A stretch of 14,074 nt of DNA from Planctomycetota bacterium (GCA_038212275.1 JBBQUR010000037.1:1-14074), one strand, 5' to 3'. Counted from the stretch's first letter, positions 1 to 7,524 are shown. The notes: a model not told the origin generated them from the sequence alone. Made by a program: numbers and translations.

Positions 1-447
1 ATCCGCCCCTGCGCTCCGCTTCGGTACTCTGGCCCTTGAGGTTCCAACCTCTTGGACGTCTCCCTTGGCATCGGAGCGCCAGGTTCCCACGTTCCGCATG
101 AAAGCCTGAATCAGGATCGCGCCGTCTTTCTGCCGGTCATCATCCAGCCAGTAAGCAGGTAGCCGCTGGACTGCATCCCAAGTCCCGCGATGTGACTTGG
201 TTTCGATGGCGTCTGTGTGGTTTTCGACAGCTCGTCGACGGCTCACTCGCGTTCGCCTTCCTGATCCTTACCTGACGGGTTGTCCCCGTTGTTTCCCGAT
301 CCGCTCACTACCCGGGAGCTTGTCCCCGCGCAGCGTCGGGCGGTTTGAGGACTGGTCCTGCAACCCGTCCCCGGAGGGCCTGCCTCCATCTCTCATGCAG
401 CATCAACACTGTTTGTCGGTCTACATCGACTCCCGCCGCGGCCGCGC
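1..447 (-). mobile_element. Group II intron-like ribozyme sequence, 5' part (domain I to about II/III); any RT/maturase ORF would lie left of the window
   Basis: Minus strand carries typical bacterial group II intron motifs: GGTTGCAGG...CAAAC, GGAACGTGGGAACCTG...CCGATGCCAAGGGAGA and GAGTACCGAAGCGGAGCGCAGGGGCGG. No canonical GTGYG 5' end is visible; best candidate is GCGCG at 447, so the boundary is uncertain (about 433-447). Confidence 0.8.
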
Positions 448-685
448 CATCTCGCTGCCGCGCCGCGAGTACGCGCTGCTGGCCCTGCTGGCCGCGCGCC
501 GGGGCCGGATCGTGAACACGCACGAGATCGAAGACGCCCTTTACGACGAACGGAACTTTCCGGCGAGCAACGTCGTGGCCTCCGCGATCAGCAGCCTGCG
601 CTCGCACCTCGGTGTCGCCGGCGAGTCCGACCTGATCCACACGCGCCGCGGACTGGGCTACGTGCTGGACGACAAGCCGCCATGA
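434..685 (+). pseudogene. C-terminal winged-helix (Trans_reg_C) part of an OmpR/PhoB-family response regulator; receiver domain absent from the window
   Basis: RRGRAISLPRREYALLALLA...EIEDALY...SNVVASAISSLRSHL...LIHTRRGLGY is a classic OmpR DNA-binding domain. The upstream in-frame part of ORF 197..685 is intron-derived and not receiver-like. The stop overlaps the kinase ATG (ATGA). Confidence 0.85.
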
Positions 686-2103
686 GGTCGCTGCGCGTCG
701 AACTCGGCGTGCGGCTGCTGGCCGGCCTCGGGCTCACGGTGCTCGCCGTCGGCAGCGCGTCGTGGCTGCTGGTGCGGGAGGCCGTGTCGCGCGACTTCGA
801 CGCGGCGCTCGCTGCCAAGGCGTGGGCGCTCGGGAAACTCGTCTCCGTGGACGAGGACGGCTTCGATCTGCACCTCGGCGAGGACTCCGCCGCCGAGTAC
901 ATCGGCGGCGCGGACGCGGAGTACATGGAGATTCGCGAGCACGGCGGCGCCGTCGTCGCGCGCTCGCCTTCGCTCGGCACGTCCGAGCTGCCGCCGCAGT
1001 TCGCGGGGCTGGGCGAGCCGGTGTTCTGGGACCTCCCGCTCGCGGACGGCCGGCCCGGGCGCGCGGTGGGCCTGCTGATCGAAGCCGGTTCGGATGACGG
1101 CGAACTTCCTGCCGGCCTCGACGGGCCGCCGCGCTTCGTCATCGCGACCGCGCGCTCGCGCGAGCGCCTGGACGACACGCTGTCCGGCGTGGCCCTGATT
1201 TCTGCGGCGGGCTGCGTGGTGACGCTGCTCGTGATCGTGCTCATGGTGCGCTCGTCGGTGCGCCGCGCGCTGGCTCCCGTGAAGGTGCTGAGCGAGCGCC
1301 TCGATGCCATCGACGCCGGCACGCTCAGCCGGCGCGTGCCGCTCACGGGCCTGCCGGAGGAGCTGGGCTTCATCCCGCCGAAGCTGAATGCGCTGCTCGA
1401 GCGCCTCGAACAGGCCTTCGAACGCGAGCGCCGCATGACGGGCAACATCGCGCACGAGCTGCGCACGCCGCTCGCGGAGCTGCGCACGGCCACGGACATC
1501 GCGCGGCGCTGGCCCGACGACGAGGCGCTGCGGGCGGAAGCGGTGGCTACCGGGCACACCGTCGCGCTGCGCATGGGCGGCCTCGTGGATGCGCTGCTGA
1601 AGTTGTCGCGCATCGCCTCGGGGCACGCGCATCCGGAGCGCGACGAGATTCCCGTGGCGGCTGCCGTCGCGCAGCTCTGGAGTCGGGTCGCGGAGTCGGC
1701 CCGCCAGAACGGCCAGGACCTGCAGCTCGAGATCCGCGAGGGGCTCGTGCTGCGCACCGACCGGAGGCTGCTCGACGTCGCCTTTGGCAACCTGCTCGGC
1801 AATGCCGTGCGGCACGGCGCGCGCGGCCAGCCGATCCGCTGCGACGCGAGCCCGCACGACGGCAGCCTCAGGCTCACGGTGGCCAACGGCGCCAGCAGTC
1901 TGCGCGCCGAGGACCTGCCGCGCCTGACGGAGCCTTTCTGGATGAAGGACGGCGCGCGATCGGACGCCACGGGTGTCGGCCTCGGCCTGGCCATGGTGGA
2001 CGCCGTCGCCGACGCCCTCGGCGGGCACCTGTCGTTCGAGCTCGCCGAGGGCTGTTTCCAGGCGCACCTCGACCTTCCGGAGGGCGGGGTCATCCTGCCG
2101 TAA
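682..2103 (+). CDS. Membrane sensor histidine kinase (2 TM, HAMP, HisKA, HATPase_c)
   Basis: Two hydrophobic segments, H-box AHELRTPL, N-box NLLGNAVRH, F-box LTEPF, G2 GVGLGLAMV; translationally coupled to the regulator. Confidence 0.95.
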   Translation: MRSLRVELGVRLLAGLGLTVLAVGSASWLLVREAVSRDFDAALAAKAWALGKLVSVDEDGFDLHLGEDSAAEYIGGADAEYMEIREHGGAVVARSPSLGTSELPPQFAGLGEPVFWDLPLADGRPGRAVGLLIEAGSDDGELPAGLDGPPRFVIATARSRERLDDTLSGVALISAAGCVVTLLVIVLMVRSSVRRALAPVKVLSERLDAIDAGTLSRRVPLTGLPEELGFIPPKLNALLERLEQAFERERRMTGNIAHELRTPLAELRTATDIARRWPDDEALRAEAVATGHTVALRMGGLVDALLKLSRIASGHAHPERDEIPVAAAVAQLWSRVAESARQNGQDLQLEIREGLVLRTDRRLLDVAFGNLLGNAVRHGARGQPIRCDASPHDGSLRLTVANGASSLRAEDLPRLTEPFWMKDGARSDATGVGLGLAMVDAVADALGGHLSFELAEGCFQAHLDLPEGGVILP

Positions 2104-2104
2104 C
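2089..2104 (+). promoter_or_regulatory. Putative OmpR-family direct-repeat box upstream of the 2160 gene
   Basis: GTCAT-N6-GTAAC (11-bp period) overlapping the kinase stop codon; no convincing -10 found. Confidence 0.5.
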
Positions 2105-2159
2105 CCTCCGCAGGCGGAACGTGGTTCATTGGGTCAGTCCAGATTCCCGGGAGGTTGCC

Positions 2160-2882
2160 ATGCTCGAATTGCTGTCATTGTTCCTCGTGCTTCCGTTGCT
2201 GCCGCAGGGGGGAGCGCCCGAGGGCGCGCCGAAGTTCTCGTCGCCCACGACGATCACCAATGCCCATGCGCCGTTCGATCCGGGCGCGATGAAGATCTAC
2301 CGGGGCCGCGCCGACGGTGCCGTATCGCTGATCGTGGAGCAGCACCTCGCGGAGACACGCATCTTCTTCGTGGGCGGGATGGCCGTCGAATGCGTGACGC
2401 TGCTGGAGACGGAGTTCCTCGACGGCGCCCTCGCGGAGGTGTCCTTCAACTACTTCGCCCAGGCCGATGACGGGACGGTCTACAGTTTCGGAGAGGTCGT
2501 CAACGACTACGTCGACGGTGAGATCGTGGCTCACGCAGGGAGCTGGCTGGTCGGGGGCCCCACGGCGGGCGATGACGCGCCCACGACGGGCACGGCGACG
2601 GAACCCACCGAGTTCATGCCCGCGGCTCCCGAACTCGGTCAGAGCTGGAAGCCCGACGATCTCTTCCCGATCGCGGTCGCGAACGCAACAGTCATGGCGC
2701 AGGATCTCACCGTGCGGGTCAAGGCCGCCACGTATGAGGACGTGCTGCTCGTCGAAGAGACGAGCGAAGCACCCGACATCGAGACCGAGCGGAAGTGGTA
2801 TGCACCGGGTGTCGGTGTCGTGAAGGCGAGCGCCAGGGGCGAATCCCTCCAGCTCGTCGCCTCCACGCTCCGCGTGCCTTGA
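2160..2882 (+). CDS. Exported beta-rich hypothetical protein, paralogue of 3533..4459
   Basis: SD GGGAGG before ATG 2160; hydrophobic N-terminus; motifs YFAQADDGTVYSFGE, GSWLVG, KWYAPGVG shared with the 4459 protein. Confidence 0.85.
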   Translation: MLELLSLFLVLPLLPQGGAPEGAPKFSSPTTITNAHAPFDPGAMKIYRGRADGAVSLIVEQHLAETRIFFVGGMAVECVTLLETEFLDGALAEVSFNYFAQADDGTVYSFGEVVNDYVDGEIVAHAGSWLVGGPTAGDDAPTTGTATEPTEFMPAAPELGQSWKPDDLFPIAVANATVMAQDLTVRVKAATYEDVLLVEETSEAPDIETERKWYAPGVGVVKASARGESLQLVASTLRVP

Positions 2883-2958
2883 GGCTCACGCCGTTTCGGT
2901 GCCGCTCGCCGGACTCCCGGACGAGGTGCGCTAGGCGGCGCCCGCGGCGCTGCCTGTG

Positions 2959-3354
2959 TCAGTCGCGCTCGATCTCCAGCACGTCGCCCGTGGCGGACAC
3001 CTCGATCTCGACCTCTTCACCGTCGAGAGTGCCGCTGAGCGAATAGACCGTCCGGCCGTCTTCCTTCTCCATCTCGGCACTGCTCAGCACCACGCCAGGC
3101 AGCGCAGCCTGCGCGGCTTCGAGCACGATGCGCGGCACCTGTGCGAGCGGCACGTCCACTTCCTGCTCATCCGCATCATCCGCGTCGTCCGCGTCGTCCG
3201 CGTCATTGGCCGGGGAGCGACCGACGGATGACTGTGTCACCGGCCGGTTCATGGAGAGCGCAGCAACGCTGTCGTCGTTCGCGGGCGTGCCGCTGCAGGA
3301 AAGGGCGACACCCGCCACCAAGAGACCCAATGTCGAGTACATGATTCTGGTCAA
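2959..3354 (-). CDS. PepSY-like lipoprotein
   Basis: SD AAGGAG 7 nt before TTG 3354 (alternative ATG 3342); lipobox VALSC; acidic linker; C-terminal VPLAQVPRIVLEAA...EMEKEDGRTVYSL...EIEVSATGDVL resembles PepSY-like domains. Confidence 0.8.
   Translation of the reverse strand: MTRIMYSTLGLLVAGVALSCSGTPANDDSVAALSMNRPVTQSSVGRSPANDADDADDADDADEQEVDVPLAQVPRIVLEAAQAALPGVVLSSAEMEKEDGRTVYSLSGTLDGEEVEIEVSATGDVLEIERD
3168..3207. repeat. Imperfect 9-nt tandem repeat encoding (DAD)n acidic linker
   Basis: catccgcat catccgcgt cgtccgcgt cgtccgcgt on the + strand; encodes DADDADDADDADE. Confidence 0.85.
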
Positions 3355-3401
3355 GGAAAGACTCCTTGCAAGAGAGACCTGTTCGCCCGGAATGCACGCG
3401 G

Positions 3402-3444
3402 ACCATAGCAGGTATCGCGAGATCGAACATGACGAGCATGTGAT
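3402..3444 (-). promoter_or_regulatory. Putative OmpR-type box plus extended -10 for the PepSY gene
   Basis: Minus strand ATCAC-N6-GTCAT (3444-3429), 21-nt gap, TATGGT (3407-3402) preceded by TGn. Confidence 0.55.
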
Positions 3445-3480
3445 GGAAACCGCGAACAGGGAGGGCGGCCACTGCCCGGA

Positions 3481-3513
3481 AGCGAAGGGGCTGGTGCGGC
3501 CAGCCCCTTCGCT
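3481..3513 (-). terminator. Strong hairpin downstream of 3533..4459; possible terminator or stabiliser
   Basis: Perfect 14-bp stem AGCGAAGGGGCTGG/CCAGCCCCTTCGCT, 5-nt loop, 19 nt after the stop; U-tract poor. Confidence 0.6.
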
Positions 3514-3532
3514 CACCGCAGGCTGCACGGAA

Positions 3533-4459
3533 TCAGAGGCCGCTGAAACCCACGAGCTCGAGGGTTTCCGTCGAGCCTTCCTTCGTCTCGAAGATGAATC
3601 CGATGCCCGGAGCGAAGAACTTGTGCTCGAGGGCGTCGGGCTCCACGGGAGAGAAGTCCAGGGTCTGCACGCAGTTCACGAAGCTGCCGAGACCGATGGT
3701 GACCGAGGCGTCGATGGCCTCCACCGTTCCGGCGTCCTCGGCATCGTCAGCGATGGCCCATTCCTGGCGGTACGTCGTGCCCGCGACGGGCGCCCCCAGC
3801 ATGACGATGCCGGGCTTGGCGCCGTTCACTCCGGCCAGCCAGGATCCGTCGATGCTCGAGACGTAGCCGCCCTCGAAGCTGAACGAGGTCTCGCCGAAGT
3901 ACCAGACGTTGCCGGCCGCATCCTGCGCATACCAGTCGAGCGTGTCCTCGACGAGGTCGCCGCCCAGCGTCACCACGTCCCGGACGGTCACGCACGGCAC
4001 GCCCAGGATCTCGCGGGTCTCCGGGAGCACCGTGATCTCGATCGCCTCGAGGCCTTCGTCGGTCTGCGATTCATACATCCACATCGCGCCGACCGGCCAC
4101 GGCAGGTACGGATTGTCGACCACGCTGGTGAACTGCGACGGATCGATCACGGGATCGTAGGCCTCCGGGCCCAGCAGCCCGCACAGTTCGAGGCGCGCCG
4201 CGTACTGCTCCTTGATCTCCTCCTTGCCCTCCTTGAAGTCGCTCTTGGCATCGGCCTCACAAGCTTCCATCGCGACGGGATCCGTGAGGTTCTTGCAGAT
4301 CGCCAGCCTCACCTTCAGCTCTTCCTTCAGGTCGGACTCGGCAGCGCGCCGCTGGAGCACCGCGGTCTGCTTGCAGATGTCCTGGGCCGTGGCGGTGGCC
4401 GTGATGGCAGCAAAAGCTGCGAAGAGGCTTGCGCCGAGCAGGGTTCTTGAAACGTACAT
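3533..4459 (-). CDS. Secreted protein: Cys-containing helical N-domain plus beta-rich domain paralogous to 2160..2882
   Basis: SD AAGGAG before ATG 4459; Sec signal ending ATA-Q; four spaced Cys in a charged helical region; DNPYLP, DWYAQDAAGNVWYFGE, GSWLAG, KFFAPGIG. Confidence 0.9.
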   Translation of the reverse strand: MYVSRTLLGASLFAAFAAITATATAQDICKQTAVLQRRAAESDLKEELKVRLAICKNLTDPVAMEACEADAKSDFKEGKEEIKEQYAARLELCGLLGPEAYDPVIDPSQFTSVVDNPYLPWPVGAMWMYESQTDEGLEAIEITVLPETREILGVPCVTVRDVVTLGGDLVEDTLDWYAQDAAGNVWYFGETSFSFEGGYVSSIDGSWLAGVNGAKPGIVMLGAPVAGTTYRQEWAIADDAEDAGTVEAIDASVTIGLGSFVNCVQTLDFSPVEPDALEHKFFAPGIGFIFETKEGSTETLELVGFSGL

Positions 4460-4516
4460 GATTTCTCTCCTTGTCATGGGAGTGCCCGCGTCCACGTGAC
4501 GGCGGCGCACACCCGG

Positions 4517-4559
4517 AGGCTATGGCCCTCGCGGCGCGCGCGTGTTACGGCGGCGTGAG
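4517..4559 (-). promoter_or_regulatory. Putative OmpR-type box plus -10 for the 4459 gene
   Basis: Minus strand CTCAC-N6-GTAAC (4559-4544), 21-nt gap, TAGCCT (4522-4517). Confidence 0.55.
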
Positions 4560-4615
4560 CCCGCCAACTCATTCTGCAGCGCTGAACGACGGCGCCGGAG
4601 TTTCACGAAGCGCAG

Positions 4616-4718
4616 CGGCGCCGGTACAGCAAAGGTGGGTCGAAGGCGGAACGTGTCGTCGACCGAGAGCATCCGCTGAATTCGAGGTCTCTGCAGCCGT
4701 TCCCTGCTCGATTCAAGG
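4616..4718. repeat. Dispersed degenerate direct repeat, copy A
   Basis: Ungapped hand alignment to 7372-7474: 72/103 identical. Shares the exact 16-mer CGCTGAATTCGAGGTC (4674-4689) with 8824-8839. Confidence 0.8.
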
Positions 4719-4786
4719 AACCGCGTCGGGCACGCGACAACCGCTTCGTACGCGAGACAGCGTGCGCTGAACAGGCGTTCGGCTCG

Positions 4787-5080
4787 TCAGCCGCGCTTCG
4801 CCTTCGACGAGGCCTTCAGTTCCTGCGCGATGCGCTCGGCCAGATAGACCTTCAGGAGCGATTGGTAGGGGACATCGCGCCGGTTGGCCAGCGCCTTCAG
4901 CTCGGCCAGCATCATCTCGGGCAGTCGCAGCGAGATCGTCCTCAGCGTCGGCTTGAGTTGGGGAAAGGTGGACCGCCGGGCCTGGCTCCAATCGACGAAG
5001 TCGGTCGAGTCCGACGACGCCCAGAACGATCGCTCGGCGTCCTCGCTGCGGTGCTTGGGGACCTTCTTCTTGATGCTCAT
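4787..5080 (-). CDS. BrnA/CopG-family antitoxin
   Basis: PKHRSEDAERSFW..DSTDFVDW...TISLRLP..ML.ELK.LA....VPYQSLLK: typical BrnA-like ribbon-helix-helix antitoxin. Confidence 0.88.
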   Translation of the reverse strand: MSIKKKVPKHRSEDAERSFWASSDSTDFVDWSQARRSTFPQLKPTLRTISLRLPEMMLAELKALANRRDVPYQSLLKVYLAERIAQELKASSKAKRG

Positions 5081-5157
5081 GTCGACTCCCAGGCTCGGCG
5101 TTCCTTGCGGCTCATGTCACGGGCGGAGATCACGCGCATCAGATTCCCGGCCCGAAC
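5077..5157 (-). pseudogene. 3' remnant of a BrnT-family toxin
   Basis: Reads VRAGNLMRVISARDMSRKERRAWEST*, the BrnT C-terminal RVISAR motif; TGA overlaps the antitoxin ATG; N-terminal part missing. Confidence 0.8.
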
Positions 5158-5191
5158 GCTCTCGACGATCCGAACTTGGTCCGGGGCCCGC

Positions 5192-5512
5192 TCAGGCCGC
5201 AGATCGAGACAGGATGCCTGCCAGCACTCGCCGCGACACTCCCAGCGCGAGCAGCGCTCGCATCAGCAGGTCGATCGTGACCGAAGGGTCGGCCGCCTCC
5301 ATCTTCGCCACGCGCGACTGGCTCGATCCGATCTGCTTGGCGAACTGCACTTGGGAGAGGTGACGGGCCTGCCGGCGCTCCTTCAGGCTGTCCGCCAAAG
5401 CCAACCGCATCTCGATGAGCGCGGACTCTTCGTCCGACAGTCCCAGGAACTCCTTGGCCGAGCCGACTTTCCAGCCGGCCGCCTTGAGTCGCTTCTGCTT
5501 GCTCTTGTTCAT
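5192..5512 (-). CDS. XRE-family HTH antitoxin (HigA-like)
   Basis: LKAAGWKVGSAKEFLGLS...LSQVQFAKQIGSSQSRVAKMEA; downstream of a RelE-like toxin. Confidence 0.9.
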   Translation of the reverse strand: MNKSKQKRLKAAGWKVGSAKEFLGLSDEESALIEMRLALADSLKERRQARHLSQVQFAKQIGSSQSRVAKMEAADPSVTIDLLMRALLALGVSRRVLAGILSRSAA

Positions 5513-5530
5513 GGTTAGTCTCCTGATGTC

Positions 5531-5863
5531 TCAAAGGGCGTCATAGCTGCGCAGCCGGCGCTGGCAGGTGTCGATGACCCGGGTTGGGGTCGCGCGTGTT
5601 CGTTTCGGGAACACTTCCACGATGACGATGGCGTCGCCGTCCACGCGGCAGACGATGCGCCAGCTCTGGTCGCGGTCCTGAACGCGCAGTTCCAGGCACC
5701 GAGGTCCGATGGATGGCATCGGACGGGCGACCGGCATCGACAACGGCTGTCCGGCCTGAAGGCGCCTCAGTAACCAGCCCGCCTCGACACGGGCCTCTGA
5801 CGAGAACGGCGGCGTCTTGATCTCTCCGTGAAGCCATACGAGGGGTTTGTCCGTCGCCGCCAC
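5531..5863 (-). CDS. RelE/ParE-superfamily toxin (HigB/Gp49-like)
   Basis: DKPLVWLHGEIKTPPFS..AR.EAG.LLRRLQ.G...RPMPSIG.RC.ELRV...WRI; toxin-first order. GTG 5863 preferred because ATG 5875 lies inside the predicted -10. Confidence 0.9.
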   Translation of the reverse strand: MAATDKPLVWLHGEIKTPPFSSEARVEAGWLLRRLQAGQPLSMPVARPMPSIGPRCLELRVQDRDQSWRIVCRVDGDAIVIVEVFPKRTRATPTRVIDTCQRRLRSYDAL

Positions 5864-5870
5864 GTGGGAC

Positions 5871-5899
5871 AGCATATGTCATACTCGACATAGTCGCAA
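5871..5899 (-). promoter_or_regulatory. Sigma70-type promoter with palindromic operator for the higBA-like pair
   Basis: TTGCGA-N17-TATGCT, 7 nt before GTG; palindrome TATGTC-N6-GACATA at 5875-5892 fills the spacer. Confidence 0.75.
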
Positions 5900-5958
5900 G
5901 GGCCACTTGAGGCGGACCGCTCGCGAAGGGCCGCGGCTCCTCGCTAACCTCCCGCCCC

Positions 5959-6100
5959 ATGCCAACCGCCAGCGTGCTCTTCGGGATGCTGCGCGCCGCC
6001 CTGATCGACCGCCAGAAGCTGCTGCTCGAGAACGCCGTCCTTCGGCAGCAGGTCATCATCCTGAAGCGCAGCGTGTCGCGGCCCCGGATCGAGGACAGCG
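5959..6100 (+). pseudogene. N-terminal stub of an integrase-core (rve)-type transposase
   Basis: LLLENAVLRQQVIILKRSVSRPRIEDS resembles the 'LENxxLRxQLxVLKR..RPRL' N-terminus of such transposases; the frame then becomes low-complexity sequence with no DDE domain. Confidence 0.65.
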
Positions 6101-6181
6101 AGCCCAATCCATCCGACTGTGCACCACCGGCGCCTCGACGATCCTCGACCTCCGCTTCGTCGGGCCGCGTGAGCGCGCCAG

Positions 6182-6233
6182 CACAAACGCTCACGTCGGG
6201 TTGCGCTCGCGCGAAACCCGACGTGAGATTGTG
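6182..6233. terminator. Long hairpin (terminator or REP-like) just after the 6239 stop
   Basis: Perfect 13-bp CTCACGTCGGGTT (6190-6202)/AACCCGACGTGAG (6215-6227), extendable by CACAA/TTGTG. Confidence 0.6.
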
Positions 6234-6238
6234 GATGC

Positions 6239-6574
6239 TCAGACCTCGCCAGCCTCCGGAACCACCAGGATGACCCAGGCCTTGGCGGCAATGGTCTTCT
6301 TGACAGCAATAAAACCCTTCCCGTCATCAGGCATCTGGACCTGCACCTGCACGGTCACAAGTGTGTCATTGCCGCTCCTGGCGTATTCGGTCGCTGCTGC
6401 CAACACTTTCGCGCGGTTCAGCTGTCGATCGCCGCTTTCCGTCCTCAGTTCGAAGCCTTGAAGCAGGGCGAAGGCCCGGGTGACGACGCCCGGCACACGG
6501 ACGAAGAATTTGAGGCCGCCATCCTCGCTTCGAGTCACCCGTTCCGGGCCACTGTCTGCATCGATGAGCCTCAT
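6239..6574 (-). CDS. Hypothetical 111-aa beta-rich protein, probable paralogue of 6571..6906
   Basis: ATG 6574 overlaps the upstream stop (ATGA); motif FALLQGFEL....D.QL..AKV. Confidence 0.7.
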   Translation of the reverse strand: MRLIDADSGPERVTRSEDGGLKFFVRVPGVVTRAFALLQGFELRTESGDRQLNRAKVLAAATEYARSGNDTLVTVQVQVQMPDDGKGFIAVKKTIAAKAWVILVVPEAGEV

Positions 6575-6906
6575 GACTGGCCGATCGGCAGAGGCCCGCC
6601 GAGGGTGTTCGCAAGAACGAGGAAGTAGACCGAACCGTTGAACTTGTTGTCGTTGCCCTTGTCGGCAAGCCACAACTTGCACCTGACCGAGACGGTGCTG
6701 GACGGGCCGGCCTGGGCAACGGGCTCCACCACGACTTTGAGGATCCTGACTTCTTCATCCTTGCCACCGGCGTATTCAGCGCGGAACCCGGTGAGCGCGA
6801 CATGGAAGCCAGTGACCTGCTTTCCCATGTTGATGGCCGCGGTGACTTCTGCCGTCTTCGCTCCCGAATGAATCGGAATCGAAACGGATCCCTCCTTGAT
6901 CAGCAT
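6571..6906 (-). CDS. Hypothetical 111-aa beta-rich protein (possibly H-type-lectin-like fold)
   Basis: SD AAAGGA before ATG 6906; alternating beta-strand pattern; motif HVALTGFRAEY....DEEVR.LKV; no signal peptide. Confidence 0.75.
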   Translation of the reverse strand: MLIKEGSVSIPIHSGAKTAEVTAAINMGKQVTGFHVALTGFRAEYAGGKDEEVRILKVVVEPVAQAGPSSTVSVRCKLWLADKGNDNKFNGSVYFLVLANTLGGPLPIGQS

Positions 6907-7371
6907 GATGAGTCCTTTCCTTTCATGGTTTTTCTTCGGCGTAAGCGTTGCCGAGCGCAACGACCTGCTGAAGCGGTGACGCGTGGCAAACCGAAGCGAC
7001 CGACGGCAGTTTGATCACCGCAGAGGCCGCCGCCCTGGCGTTCATCACTTCCGGAAGATCCACGGATCGATCAGCCTGCGGTGCATCAAAAGGCCATCCT
7101 CATGGAGGATCGGACCAGAACCAGCTATTCCTGGGAACTGGCATGAGCGGCCAGTTCTCGGAATGAATCGATGACAGCCGGAGCGTAAGTAATCCAAGCG
7201 CCCCCAGGGCGTAAGCAATCCCCCCACCCGGCCGCAGCACCCGCGCCGCTCCCCGATCCCTTCAATCCGTTCCACTCTCATAGCGACGGGACCAAAGAAC
7301 GGGGTCACGTCATCCGTACGACCCGGCGGTGGTGGTGTCGTACGGCGCGGCAGTCGGCCGGCGTGCCAGGG

Positions 7372-7474
7372 CGGCGTTGGTACACCAACGCTCGGTTCAA
7401 TGCGGAAATTGCCAGCGTCCGAGAGCATACGGCGAATTCGTGCTCGGATCACCCCATCCCGGCCCGAATCGAGG
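7372..7474. repeat. Dispersed degenerate direct repeat, copy B
   Basis: 72/103 identical to 4616-4718; 7428-7467 is 29/40 identical to 8822-8861. Confidence 0.8.
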
Positions 7475-7524
7475 TCGGTGACGGTCGACTTTCGGTCATG
7501 CGCTAGCTGGCTCCTGGCGCAGGC

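Noticed and set aside
197..433. N-terminal part of ORF 197..685 as a real regulator N-terminus
   Set aside because: No receiver-domain motifs; the sequence is the antisense of intron RNA.
588..2129. Long minus-strand ORFs 588..2129 and 658..2067
   Set aside because: Antisense shadows of the kinase, expected in high-GC DNA.
3128..4450. 440-aa plus-strand ORF
   Set aside because: Antisense to two well-supported genes; no recognisable motifs.
4717..4783. attC-like end (GCTGAACAGGCGTTCGGC) beside the brnA stop
   Set aside because: L-to-R spacing is short, the partner half is poorly complementary, and no integrase or further attC sites are seen; IntegronFinder would settle it.
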